42,013 bases of DNA from Paraglomus brasilianum (Eukaryota). Below, piece by piece: positions 23,300 to 36,658 of this stretch (position 1 is the first letter of the stretch; every line of letters starts with the position of its first letter). Position numbers and translations under genes: made by a program. The notes under the pieces were generated by a model. The model saw nothing but the letters and a program-made list of their open reading frames with translations, was not told where the DNA came from and did not search any database. The stretch is from assembly GCA_910592345.1 (NCBI GenBank), contig CAJVPI010000215.1, positions 1 through 42,013 on the forward strand, read 5' to 3'.

Positions 23300-26104
23300 G
23301 ATGCTTGGAGGAAAGCCCGTTAGGCCAACACTGCTTTTGGCAAATAAGGAATTGATATTTTGAACGAGTGTACCGATTACAATTCGTCATCGAAAAAAAC
23401 AATCGTTACCTATCCCTCCGCTTAGTAATAGAAGCATAATAATAGTCATAAATAATATCATGGAAACAATTGATACAATTTTACGTCCCCATACCCTGAC
23501 ATAAAAGATATACCAAAGAGACTAGTTACGTTTCAATTCCAAATAAACACCTTTCGGGAATAGATAAGCATTGATCTTGTATAAATGCTTTTATTCAATC
23601 GATGTCTTTTCCTAAAACTCAGAATGTAAGCTAGTGCATTCTCTTCCCATATTTTGCTGTAACTACTCATGAACAGATTGCTTGGGCGACGTATGTAAAT
23701 TCGCATTGCCATTCAATGTGTCTTGATCCAGGTCTTCAAGTTTGACAAGATATGCAATGGTCCCCTCAATGTTCTTTTTGAGTGTCAAAAGAGCGCTGAG
23801 TACTGACTGTATTCCGATGACGGTTTCCTCACAGTAAATAACCTCTTGTAGGGGACAAGAGTGTAAAATTTTAGTTAGAGTTCTTTACAATGAACATATC
23901 TGTTAACAATCTTACCAATTTCCTGGAACCATAGCAGAAGTATCAACACCTTGAAGCTTGCTCCTTATTTGGAACCAGTTCCTGCCTCGCCACTCTTTGG
24001 CCGCAAACATTTTGGGGCTCTTCACCACAGCCACTTTGGTTCCTCCAATACTCCCGAGAATCTATACATATATCTGTTTTGTAACCGTTCTCGCACGGAA
24101 CCGAAGATCTCCGTTTTGACTTAGCCGATAATAATAAGCCGATGAATCCAAACATTGTTCATCGCTGGGAAGCTTATCCATTTAGTTATCATTCGATACG
24201 CACTGGCCGTTTTCAAACCATCGTCGCATGGTGTTCATTGACCCCCCAGCTGTCAGATCACATCGTCAATATTCGATAGATGTGTAAGTTACAGACGTAC
24301 GGTGCTCTATACCTAAGACATTACAAAGCCACTTACGCATACCGAAATTGTTATTCTTTTCACTTTATAATAAATTAAGTAAATAATAAGCAATCATCAA
24401 TCCAGATCTTGACAGCTTATAACCGACAAACAGGCAATCCATCTCTCAACAGTCAAGGCGATAGTTATCCCTAATTGAAATAATGGCAAGTCTCTATTGG
24501 TCAACAGATGCAGACAAGTTACATAACTCACTAGGAGATGACCAGGTCAGAGCCAGTTTCTACTGTGGCATATACTGACCTGCAGAACGCCTTATATATT
24601 TGAGACTGCAAAATAAAAGGTGGGTCGTTATTAAATATTGTCTTTGGTCAAGTAACATTGTAACAAAGACCATTCAGCAAGCTTACATAAATTCCTTGAT
24701 TAATCGCTCTTTATAATCGGTTGGACAAACAGTATTATACTATAAGAAGAGAAAATTATCAACAACGTTATAACCCGCAAAACCGCAAAGCTTTGATGTC
24801 AATGATACCTCTATAAGGCAACAAGAAATTTACTTCATCCTCATCTAATTCCTGAATTCCATTACAATCTCAGTTCGTATTTCTGATCGCCTGTCCTGGA
24901 GATTGGCCCGTATGATCATATGAGACTATTGGGTTTATGAACAAACATCACTGGTTAGATTACGGTCTCATAACTTGCTGATACATCCGTTGTATTTTTG
25001 GAATGAATTTTCGCGCAATCTCCCCTTCGTTGAATGTAACGATAGAGATTGCTCTTTATCTAAATCCTCGCCAATACTCTTATCATCACAATCGTCATAG
25101 TCATCCTCTTCCCAAATCAATGTTTGTTAATAGAACAGCAGACAAAATTGCTCTTCACCTAGATTCTTAACTATACGTTTATTTTCATAATTATCATATT
25201 ACCATCCCATCATTCTCTTATGAATATTTCATTACCTTCAGGTTATGTTTTGATTCTGTCGCACTGGACGATGGTCTGCTGAGCATGGAAAGTCATTAAG
25301 CATCTGTCGAGCCCGTTTGTTTGCACATCCACCATAAATGTCATGCTCCATGTGTGGATAAGCTACAACAGCAGATATCAACACATAATGTTTTGGTACG
25401 CAAAAAAAAGTGCAATCTAAGTTACCAGTTATACGGCACTTCTGTTCCCACTTCTCTTAACAATCTGCCAGTAATGAACTGACTCGAAATCGTTGAACGT
25501 GGGCTCTTTTCGAGACAAAAACGTCAATTCGAGACTTACATTCAATGGTACTCCATTCATGTCATTAAGTGAAAAGACCGTTCTCTTCACCTTACGGTCA
25601 TTATAATTTACAAAATGACACATCATCGTGACATACTCGTGCTCAACCTCCGTCTTCTGGATAGAATCGTGCGGTGAAAGAAACCATTTAATATGCCCAT
25701 AGGTCTTGACGCGTGCTTATGTAACACGTGCTTTGTGGCCCGAGACAATGGCTTACACCTACACAACATCAAAGAATCATACCTTTACATGTTACAAGAT
25801 CAGATTCCACTTCATCTGTTTCAGTTATATGGTCGCTACATAGTGTGTAGACAGCAAATGTTGCTGTATGTGAATTTTAGAAAGTATAGTAACAGATCAA
25901 GTTTTAACATAAAGTGCAGTACTCAAAAAAACCCCCCATTAAAAATGTATTTTTGTAATATAGAATAAATAGAGGAAAGAAATAATAGATTATTATTATT
26001 ATTATGCTTAATTAAATGTTACGTTTGGGATGGAGGACACATCCGCATGAAATCCAAATGCTTATCCAAATTAGGAAGAGTAAATGAGAGTGTAATCGAG
26101 TCAT
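23300..26104 (-). pseudogene. Decayed multi-exon gene of unknown family, beginning with a signal-peptide-like exon
   Basis: ATG 26104 MTRLHSHLLFLIWISIWISCGC. Successive GT..AG-bounded coding-like segments with numerous in-frame stops run down to ~23300. Confidence 0.3.
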
Positions 26105-28294
26105 AGTCGTCAGGATTTTATAATAGACGCGATAATTCCATCGCTAAAAACTGTTGCCGCTGTCGTTGCCGTGTCAAGGCGTTGGGTCGTCATTCATTAT
26201 TAATAGGTTTTAAATTCATAATTATGAAATATCCATACTAAATACAGTACATCTTGCAAAGTGAGAATATCAATTTGCACTATTGCTATATGCTTTATTC
26301 TCAATCAGTTTTCAAATTACACTCAATAGACAAAAACTAGTTAAAGTTCTTGTTCTCAAAGTTTAATAACTGAATGCTAACAAATTATTGGGTTTTTTTA
26401 AAGTAGCCACAGACCATATATTTATTGCTTATTAAACCTTTTAATGTTCTGAATATCACATTGATTTTACAATTCCAATAAAAATTTATAAAATAAATTT
26501 GGCATCTAATATTAATATTAACCTGGTCGCAAATTCAATATCAATAGTTAAATAATTTACGCTAGTATAAACTTACAGTATTACTATTAGTACGTACATC
26601 AATATTTAACGATAGCGTTGTTTTAGAATAGCTGTTTCACATTAAGAATTTAGATATAAACAACAAATATTCGAGGAAGTTCTACACCTTAGAGTTTGAA
26701 GGCTCCAACGGATTAATAGAATAATGTCTATAGAGATTCTTCAATTGACATCACTATCGTCTTCAATGTCTTCTCTAATAGCAGCTCAACCTGATAATTT
26801 CTAACTTTTGGCAGGTGCTGGACTTACTCAAGCTACAGCATTGACGGCTTAATCAATTGTACAAACGATCTTACTGTATACTACTGAGATTTACCGTAAT
26901 ACTTTCTTATTTAGCCATAATTAAACAGCTTTTTTCTAACAAGTTTAACTTGTGCGTTTGTGACGCATTCTTCCCTACATTTCTGTGTATGCCAACGGTC
27001 ACGGGAGAGCGGTCGGCCCTTGGGATTTAACTTCCTTTCCACGGAGGTGTGTCTACGATAAGTTAAATATAATACCACTTAGTGACCTTTCGATTAGGAT
27101 TTACCTATTCACGCCTCTCCAATAGTCGATTGATCCTAGATAAATACATCGTTCTTCAAAGTATGTTCACTATGATCCACCGTTGGGATTAATTTCTATG
27201 GTCTATAGTTCCGGGGTGATTGTATAATTCTCAACGCGTTGCTAACTGAAATTTTTATTGTAATTGCCACGGGAATAATCGCGGGACAAGAGACAAATAC
27301 TCCTAAACGATTTCTTAACTACACCGATTGAATGAAGTAATAATCGTGTACGTTCTGAGTATATGGAACTATTCATTATTAGCAATAAAATGTGTAATTA
27401 TAAATACTTTCTGAACTGTCTAAATCTTCTATTTTAGCCACACGAGTCACTGCCAAATTTATTAAATTATTGTATAACAGCGCGCTATTAATAATGGCTG
27501 CCGCTGGCACTGTTGTTATCTTGATCCGTTACGGTCCTGTCACCACACAGCCAAATCATCCATATGGTTGAAATTTACATCCCCGTGCTTGTTATCAATA
27601 TTGCACAATCGCGTAAAGGGTTTACGAGCTTAGAGGAAAATGCATCCGCAGATGCTGTCAAAAATAGAATAGCGGCGTCTCAAATAGATATAAGCAGTAT
27701 GATTTTCTGTTAGATTCTGTGTTCAGATACGGTACTTTCAATCCTTTATTATTACTATTATTATTATCAATAAACGAGTGGTTCCTTGTATTCCGAATAC
27801 ACGATTAATACTTTATTCCCTGGTAGCATTCGATATAGTAAAGAAACCGTTAATCTCTATATCAGAAAGAGAATATTCGCTTCTTGTCCCACGATTATTC
27901 CAGTGGCATTTACGATAATTATTCGTTTACGAAGAAACGCGTTTGATATAACTATTACACCCCAACATAGCCTTCCGAAATAATCCTATCGGAAGAGAAT
28001 AGTGAATTACTCGATTATCTAGGATTACTGTCTACTGATCGACACTAGGTCGCGAGTAGCAAAACCTGGTTTAAATGTCACTAACTTCAATTTTATTTAG
28101 GACTCCGCTCGAACTTGGCTAAATTCTCAGACGATTGCTCTCCCGCGATTTTTGACACATTACACATAAATTTATTTATACTGATAAACATTATTATCAA
28201 TTTTATAGCATTGACAAAATAAAATTTGCAAATAACTCAAGGACCTTTATTACCATTGCTAACTATAAATAATTACTTGCTTTATAAAATCACT

Positions 28295-29551
28295 TCATTC
28301 TTTCTTGACTGGATAAATTTCAGCCAACTCTTGGATCTTTCTTTTTAACTTGGATTTATCATTGTATTCAAAAAAATAAACCTTATTTTGTGCCTTAATG
28401 TACCCTTGCTCAGCAGCTTTTTGATATAATTCAATAGCTTTCTGTTCATCTTGTTTTACTCCAATTCCCTCCTCATAGCACCAACCAAGATTATATTGTC
28501 CATATGCATGCCTTTGTTCAGCTGCTTTTTGAAACAATCCAATAGCCTTTTGAATATCCCTTTCTACCCCAATTCCATTTTTGTAACATAAACCAAGGCT
28601 AGTGTATGCAAAAACATTTTCTTGCTTGACTGCTTCTTGATACAGTTCCACTGCTTTTTGAACATTTTTATCTGCACCAATGCCTTTTTCATAACACCAA
28701 CCAAGATTATCTTGTGCAAAAGAATCTCCTAACATAGATGCTTTTTGATACAATTCAAAAGCTTTTTGATAGTCTGTTTTTATATTAATACCTGTTCTAT
28801 ATAAATAACCAAGATTATTTTGTGCATTAGCATCACCTTGTTCAGCTGCTTTTTGATACCATTCAACTGCCTTTTGTTCATCTTTTTCTACTCCTCTTCC
28901 ATACTGATAACACAAACCAAGATTATATTGTGCATCAGCATCACCTTGCTCAGCTGCTTTTTGATACCATTCAACTGCCTTTTGTTCATTTTTTTCTACT
29001 CCAGTTCCACTCTCATAACACCAACCAAGATTATACTGTGCACCAGCATCTCCTTGTTTAGCTGCCTTTTGATACCATTCAACTGCCTTTTGTTCATCTT
29101 TTTCTACTCCTCTTCCATTATCATAACACACACCAAGATTATATTGTGCTTGAGCATATCCTTGTTCAGCTGCTTTTTGATACCATTCAACTGCCTTTTG
29201 TTCATCTTTTTCTACTCCAATTCCACTCTCATAACACCAACCAAGATTCTTTTGTGCTTGAGCATATCCTTGTTCAGCTGCTTTTTGATACCATTCAACT
29301 GCTTTTTGTTCATCTTTTTCTACTCCAGCTCCACTCTTATAATGCCAACCAAGACTATATTTTGCATACAAATGCCCCTGTTCAGCAGCTTTTTGATACC
29401 ATTCCACTGCCTTTTGTTCATCTTTTCCTACTCCAGTTCCATTAGAATAACACACTCGTGCTTGGACATCAGCTGTATTTTCATATCCTTCAAAATGAAC
29501 TTCATCCAGGACCTTTTTTTCTAGTTCATCCTCAAAGATGATAGAAGTCAT
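28295..29551 (-). CDS. Sel1-like repeat (SLR) protein
   Basis: Single ORF with ~10 36-aa repeats AQYNLGWCYESG.GVEKDEQKAVEWYQKAAEQG. First ATG at 29551; the ORF is open to 29653. Confidence 0.93.
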   Translation of the reverse strand: MTSIIFEDELEKKVLDEVHFEGYENTADVQARVCYSNGTGVGKDEQKAVEWYQKAAEQGHLYAKYSLGWHYKSGAGVEKDEQKAVEWYQKAAEQGYAQAQKNLGWCYESGIGVEKDEQKAVEWYQKAAEQGYAQAQYNLGVCYDNGRGVEKDEQKAVEWYQKAAKQGDAGAQYNLGWCYESGTGVEKNEQKAVEWYQKAAEQGDADAQYNLGLCYQYGRGVEKDEQKAVEWYQKAAEQGDANAQNNLGYLYRTGINIKTDYQKAFELYQKASMLGDSFAQDNLGWCYEKGIGADKNVQKAVELYQEAVKQENVFAYTSLGLCYKNGIGVERDIQKAIGLFQKAAEQRHAYGQYNLGWCYEEGIGVKQDEQKAIELYQKAAEQGYIKAQNKVYFFEYNDKSKLKRKIQELAEIYPVKKE

Positions 29552-30175
29552 GTTATTATTATAACTTTTAGTTGTCTTCTCTAGAAAATTCAATAAATGA
29601 GTTGTTTGTGAATAACGAGATTCCGATAAAGAGTGCACTCTCCGATAAATCACTTGCGTAATCCCTTGTTATTGTGAGTTATTATAATATAATGTTTATA
29701 CAAGTTATATAAATTTTATCCTAAAACCATGCACTTGAATTGTTGATGAGAAGCTCTGTCCTTTCAGAGAAGCATACTAATACGTCGAAGCAAAATAAGA
29801 ACACATATTGCGAATTGTGACAAACTCCGTCATCACTAGATCTAACATTCTGAAACTAATTTTGGAATATAACCATTGTCTATTATTAAAATTCGATTAT
29901 TCGTTTAAGTTAAAGGCAACGAACAACTTCTCTTCTGTTTTCAGTTTTGGAAGAATGATAGTTGAACTTTATTTGACTGGAGACGAAAAATAGTCAAACG
30001 ACAGCGCATGATTGATGGGGAGAATGACCTTGGAGTTTTTTTCTTTGGGGAAAGAACATTATGGTAGTAATAATACCGTAAAGTCTGACAACGAAGAAGC
30101 CATGGTAAAGCTTTTATAAAAAAAGGGGCGTGAATGTTAAAAAAATTTTACTTTGAAATATTTAATGCACATTGC

Positions 30176-30306
30176 TCGACAATCATTTCGCCGACAGTAC
30201 ATTTCGCCGACAATTAACTACCAAAAAAGGATAACTTCGAAATAATGTTGGTAAATATTTGTCGGTGAAATGATTGTCGATGAAATGATTGTCGATAAAA
30301 TGATTG
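30176..30306. mobile_element. Foldback/MULE-like miniature inverted-repeat remnant
   Basis: TCGACAATCATTTCGCCGACA (30176-96) is inverted at 30260-80 (20/21 match). The arms are built of ~15-bp subrepeats TGAAATGATTGTCGA. Confidence 0.55.
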
Positions 30307-30650
30307 CCTCCCCTCTCTACTAGTGCTGAATTGAAGGTCTAACCACAAGTCAGATTTGTTATTATTAATATTAAGCTATTCGTATATTGTTCCTCGTTTA
30401 AACTAATCTGAAGCTATTTTTTATCGTTACCTTGTCTATTTTTGATCGGGTGATTGTTTTTAAAGCGCTGCGGATTTACTATCACTTGCAGAGAAAAGTA
30501 ATGTGTGCAGAATTTTAGTGGAATTATTATTGAGCTTTATTCAAACTGTTGGGATATTGTCATACTTTTCCTAACGTTCCACAATAATTTTTGATTCCTG
30601 TACGACAATTAAAATAGCAACAGTAAACTTTTTTCAACAACCATCGGAAC

Positions 30651-31293
30651 ATGGCCTCTGCACTCTTCGCTGAGGGTGTATATAAGTTATTTAAGACATG
30701 GACAGCTTTGAATTTAGCGGTGGAGAATCTATGGGGTGGGGTAGACTCCGAGGATAAAAGAGATTGGTTTGTTGGTGTTGTCGTAGAATACTATGAGAAA
30801 AGTAAGTTGATATATTAAGGTACGAGTAGATGAACAATTGCCAAATGCTCACTTATAAAAGATGCATTAGTATTTATTAATCTTTTGATTCTGTAGACGG
30901 TCAACGAACAGATCCATTCGACGTCGAGCAAATTCTCGAACAAGTCATGTCTGATGAATTCAGTACGATTCTTGAAGATGATTCAGCATATCAAGTAGGA
31001 TGTTATTCCTCCCATCTTTTCCTGATCGGCCGTTGTTTTTATCCGCTGCTCAAGCATTGGTTTCTCATATCTTTTTTTTTATAATAAAGATTGCTCAGAC
31101 ACTATCCCGAATGTATACAGAATGCCTAACTAATAAATCGACAATAATTGATAATTTACGAGCCAAACAATCTTCGCGACCGACAGGACAGTCGGTTGCA
31201 ATTACAAGTAGTAATGGTAATGGTAATGAGGACGACAATGACGATGAGGATGAGGACGAGGACGAGGACGAAGTTGGGAGCACATCAAACTGA
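30651..31293 (+). CDS. TSR2: Pre-rRNA-processing protein TSR2
   Basis: Exons 30651-30801, 30897-30994 and 31090-31293. WTALNLAVENLWGG..DKRDWF, MSDEFSTILEDDSAYQIA and an acidic tail. Confidence 0.93.
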
Positions 31294-32648
31294 TTATTCC
31301 GAAAACAATAGAATTTCATCTTGCTTCAACAATGAAAGTAAAAACTGTTTGTTTTTTTTGAGCTCATATTGGGTCTTGTCAATGCGATTTGCAATGGATG
31401 CAGTTCGCGAAAAGAATAAATTCCCACCACATGTCGGAGTATCGCGAGAATACGATACATCTAGAGGCAGCCTAGTTTTAAACTGTTTAAACGCGTGTTG
31501 ATTATCACTTAATGTCAAAGTGTTTGTATTTCCCATGCTCTTTCTCGTATGTGACATCTTCGATTACGCTTCAAGTTGATTTTGCCTTGCCAACAAGAAT
31601 CAGAATTCCCGCTTTCATTGGCCCTTCCTATATTATTAATATGAATCCTCCTCAAAGTCGTATACTGTTTGATAATATATTGTGACTTTTGGCTTTGGAA
31701 GAGTTCTAATGGGGGCGTTCCTTAACGGTCGATGTTGACGGAGCTTTGCTTGAAAAAATCGGTTTTGTATGACTATCAGTATTGAGTATCAATGAATCTG
31801 GTTCCATTCAGTTCCAGACCAAAATCAATATTACTGAGATTTATGCACGACTGGAACAGGTTTAACAATTCGGGCAAAACGTTTATATTCCCGCTCGGCG
31901 GACTGTCCATCGCAAGTGAAGTTCGATGCATCAAAGGCATGTCTGCAGAATAACTTGATAAATATCTCAGTTGCTGTTAGAACGGATATTGCATTCTGTG
32001 CATAACGCGGGATGAAAAACACGTGGGACAAAAATATGGGGTAGAAATTTTGAGTTAGGGGTATTTGTGAACCCATACAAGGCCGCCCTTTACTGTTATG
32101 ACATGACAAACTAGCTAGTTGAGCAGCCGAGATGGCCATCCTATCTGCAGAGTGGATGTGAATGTGGATGTCAATTTGAACACTTAACAATTGCAAATGT
32201 GATTCTGAAACCAATCGGAAACTTTCCAATGATAATAAATAATTGTCATAGTATTAATTAATATTGCTACCCATTTCCGATTTTACTTTGATGACTTGGT
32301 TAAAGAATTGTTCGTCTGATGTCTGACATACTGAATCAAATGAAATGTAAACTTGCCAATTATGTTGTTAATCGATCTGTTCAATTAATTAATTCTTTGA
32401 TCTCAATTTCGCAATATGCCCAATTGAAAAGATAAAAAGAAAAGAAAAGAATATTATAAAAAAAGCAAATTTCAATTGACAAGATGACATAAACGTTGAA
32501 TATACAAAAAGAACGAAAATTTACAAAATACTAAATTAGTATACAAGAATAACTAATATACAGTGTTTGTGCGTGTAACAACTAATAGTTCATAAGTAGC
32601 AAATAACGAGTCCAGCAGATTAGATCGATTCCATATAGCAAGTCACTC

Positions 32649-35600
32649 CTAGTCCGTAGGAGGAGGAGTCAAAGGAGGAGAAAGTTGTCCCCTCACCGCC
32701 CATCCACCACCAGCCTCATTCACCTCAACGTGTGTCGGATCAATACCTAATCGTTACACAAGTTGTGAGGACTCGTGACAATGACATACAATTTTGCTAT
32801 GAAAATAAAACTTACCAAGAAAACAAACATCACAGAGTCTAGCGGCAGTACCAAATATACTATCTCTTCTGTTGCCAAGGAAAGTTTGCTGTTCAGCCAA
32901 AAATTCCAAAAGAAATTCTTGAGGGAGCAGCGTGAGATCAATAGGCTTTTTTGTGAGACAATCAGTGCAAACTGTTTTATAAAAAGGAGTTCCCGATCGT
33001 AAGTATAAATACAAACTAATCGTAACAAAGAGAAAAATACCAAATACTTGCCTATTTTGTTGCACTTGAAACAAGTATTCCTCCATCTGAACACATTGAA
33101 ATCGACTTTACACAATTCACATGTCCTTGCAACGATAGCTTCATGGACTGTCGTAAACTTGAGGAATTTCACAAATGACCAACCCCGTATTAGCGCGGAA
33201 ATAATTTTCACTTTAATTAGAACAGAGATTACAAAACAAACTTACTGGATTCAATCTAGACCCAACCGAGTTATCACCATTGGTGATATTTCTTTCGCTA
33301 GCTGAATTATTCCCATTCGTATTGTCATGGTCCGGAATAACATTCACGCTCGTAGTAGAGTTGTTGGATAAACTAACTGGATTCCAGACTTGTACGCCTG
33401 GTGCCAGGTCCTCGTCTTGAAGAGCATCTGGGAACATAGTGAAGAAGCATGGGTCACATGCACGTACCACTTGATCTTCTCTTTCGCTTGTTCCAGGGAT
33501 GATAAAGTTCTATAACAAAATAGTCAATTGTTAATGGTGCTATCGAACACAAGTTAGAACGTCAGAGTTTGTCTCGTAAACCTACCCGAGTAGAACAAGC
33601 ATGGCAAACCACCTTGCCGCATGCACGGCAATGATGCTTTCTCCTGAATACGGTAAACTCTTCCGGGCAATTCATGCACTTGTTGGTGGCCGAATCAGGA
33701 ACCCATACTGGGGCATTATAATTCTCTACAACTCGCTTCTTATACAGGTCTTTTCTTTGTATGGGGACATTCTTATCAGCTGTAAATAATCATGAGCGAT
33801 TAGTTCACGTGATCAACTTGAAATAATAAAATATTTGAATATGTAATAGCTGTACCAATTTTAAGTGTTCTTTTAGCACTTAGATATTCATCCTTTGCTT
33901 CCCGAATAGCTTCTATCCAGGATTCTTTTTCTCTCTGAGAAACTGTTATAATTGTTTAGTTAATGTGTTGTCTTGTAAAATACGGCAACTAGCATTTTTG
34001 ATATGAACCTGTATATACTGTAAAGCTCTTTTGCGGACTGATAATCTGGAAGGCATTCCTGACTGCTATGTACAATATGCAAGGTTAGCGAGCCGTCTAT
34101 GGTTATTTAAGTGCTGGGGGATAAGAAACTTGCCTCTGGATTTGTCAACTGGTAATACTGTTACATCTTCCAGGTCAAATTTACGGTGAAAATTGTACAT
34201 GTCATCCAGTAATGCTGGACTAAATAAGATACGAAATAATTACCAACAATTATAAATCAATGAGTCTCATTGGTCAATTTTCGTAATCATACTAACCTAG
34301 CATATATTAAAATGTCCGAGAACAAGAAAAACTCGCGCTCTTGATGACGGCGCCGACACTCCTACAATCACACAGTGACTTAATACATGATTACCGTGTG
34401 GACGGACTTGATACAAAAAGTTGGTTTTTTTTTTTTACCTTGTTGACAGTGCCCCTCTTTATAAATCTCCTTCCAGGCACAAGGAGAGCTTCATCAAAGC
34501 CCGATAAAGACTTTTGTATTTCAAGCATAGTTATAAACATCTCATGCTGTCGAATAGTTTCATTGACAAAAGTGGCTACATGCTCGATAACTTGATACGC
34601 TTTCTTTAGATTCAAATAGTCAGAATGTGACTCTTCGGTTTTCTTGAGCAGATCTTCAAGAAGTAGTTTGTAGCGGGGTATTCTTTGTACAGGCATGATG
34701 AGATAAGCCTGAAAGGTAAGACCTTTGCATTGTCCCGTTTTAATAATGTCCTAAAATGAGACATCGGATATTATGTGAATAAATATATACGGCGTTGTAA
34801 AACTATAATTGAGTTGACGTACCCGTAAGAATGCAGCAAACGCCGGATTGCTTTTCAATTGCTCATCAATTAATGCAAGAGCTGAATTGAAATTATTGAC
34901 ATAGATGGAATACATCTTTAAGAATGGTCCCTGCAGATAACGCACATGAGTGATTCGCTGCCCCTACTTGATCATCCAAACGAACAGGTTAAACGGAATC
35001 CTACCAAGTTCAAGAATATATCCCCGACACAAGCATCTTCGTCATTGCTCCACAAGTTCAACTCTGATGATCGCTTCTCTCCTATTCCGGCAATACGTTC
35101 TTCCAATTCTCTTAGTAATTCAGTATTTACGTTGATAAGTTCCTTGAGATTAGAGAATATTCCTTTAATGCAACTTTCACTTAGAATAGGATAAGATGTT
35201 TTTAAAGAGTCGACAAGTGGCCGCAGGAATAGCTGTTACGTAAGGAAAAAAAAAAAATTTTTTTTAGATCAATCAGCGAGCCCCATCTTTAAAATTCATC
35301 TTGTTGCTTACCCGTTCCAATAACTGCAGACATTCAACGTAATGTCTCTCTGTCGTAAGTATCTCCAATGCAATGCTTTGCCTCTTCTGAGCAGGTGTAG
35401 TAGCACTTATCCTACTCAATCGTACAGACAGTCTCCCGCTGTATATTGCATGCGTGCTCAGTCTCGCATGTGTTGTATCGGTCATGCTTGATGATGCTGA
35501 TGAGACAGCGGTATCGGTACTTGTGTTCGTGTTTGTTGAAAAAGTTGATATTGTTGATCCTGGGCGTTGTGAGCTATTATTGTAACGTTGAAGTAACTCT

Positions 35601-36658
35601 TCGACAGTCTCGTTTTCTTCAAAGTCGTCATCGTCGTCATCGTCAACGTTCAGGTCAATATAATTAGTTTCCATTGACGGTGATGCTATTGATGGCGATG
35701 TCATTGATGGTGATATTATTGGTGGCGATGTTATCGCTGGTGATGTGTGGTTGTCGTTCTGGTGATTGTGTGAGTAGGGTTTGGTAATATCGTCCGAGTT
35801 ATCGTCAGTGTTGTCTTTTGGACTGTACTCGTTCGTCGATCTCATGCTAGATAGTATAGGCATTGAAGCTCGCCGACAAGGAGTCGTTGATCCGTGTGTG
35901 TCCGAAGATGGAATAGGCATAGAATGTCGATTATGCGATTCTCTATTTGTGTACGTACTTGTCTCATTTTGCGTCTTTATCGATGGTGATGAACTGAATA
36001 TCGATACCGAGTCCGAGTATAGACTTCCTCGAGTGCTCGCTCCCAACAATGTCGATGGCATAGACGACGAGGGAGATATCAAAGTTTCTGACATGGGTTT
36101 ACCTTCAACAACATTGTTCATATAATAATATTGGGTACTAGATAAAAGACTGGTTGCAGATGCTGGTGATTGAACCATCGTTGATGTTGACATTATTTGT
36201 TCAGTCTCTTCTACTTTATCGGATATATCGAGTTCATTAGTTTCGACTTGTTTCTCATCAACCAACTCTGGTTCTTCATGAGTATCATCGGCTTCTCGCT
36301 CCCTTTCTGCTAGCCTACCAGTGTTGACACTGATCATACTTCTGAATTGAGAGCCGTTCTGCACCAGTATACTCAGCCGCGATTTTGCACTATTGTTTGT
36401 TATCCCTAGTATTGGAGTAGGTTGTACAATGCTCTCAGTCTCTGAAACTGGAGGATGCTTATCGATAATCCAAGACTGTCTTGCGCCTGGTGCCATGGTT
36501 CTACGGAATGAAGGTGAAGCAGCCATTGGATGGGATATGCCATTAATGTGAGTAATGCTAGTGTTTACTTTCAGAGGGACTCTTATATCGGAGGCACCAA
36601 CAAAGGGCGTTTTTCGTATCTTTGAGGGAGTAGGTTTTCCAGTTATCTGTTCGCTCAT
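32649..36658 (-). CDS. FGD/frabin-like RhoGEF: Ser-rich disordered N-terminus, DH, PH and two FYVE-type zinc fingers
   Basis: IALEILTTERHYV, GPFLKMYSIYVNNF and LIMPVQRIPRYKLLL (DH); EREFFLFSDILIY (PH); WVPD..CMNC..FTVFRRKHHCRACGKVVC (FYVE1); CELC..FNVFRWRNTCFKC..VCTDC..LCDVC (FYVE2). About 12 exons; TAG at 32649-51. Confidence 0.92.

Noticed and set aside
26990..27055. GC-rich patch with a possible hairpin (tRNA, 5S or ribozyme?)
   Set aside because: No cloverleaf, 5S signature or ribozyme core recognisable; only one weak stem.
28820..29524. 234-aa hydrophobic plus-strand ORF
   Set aside because: Antisense shadow of the Sel1 repeats.
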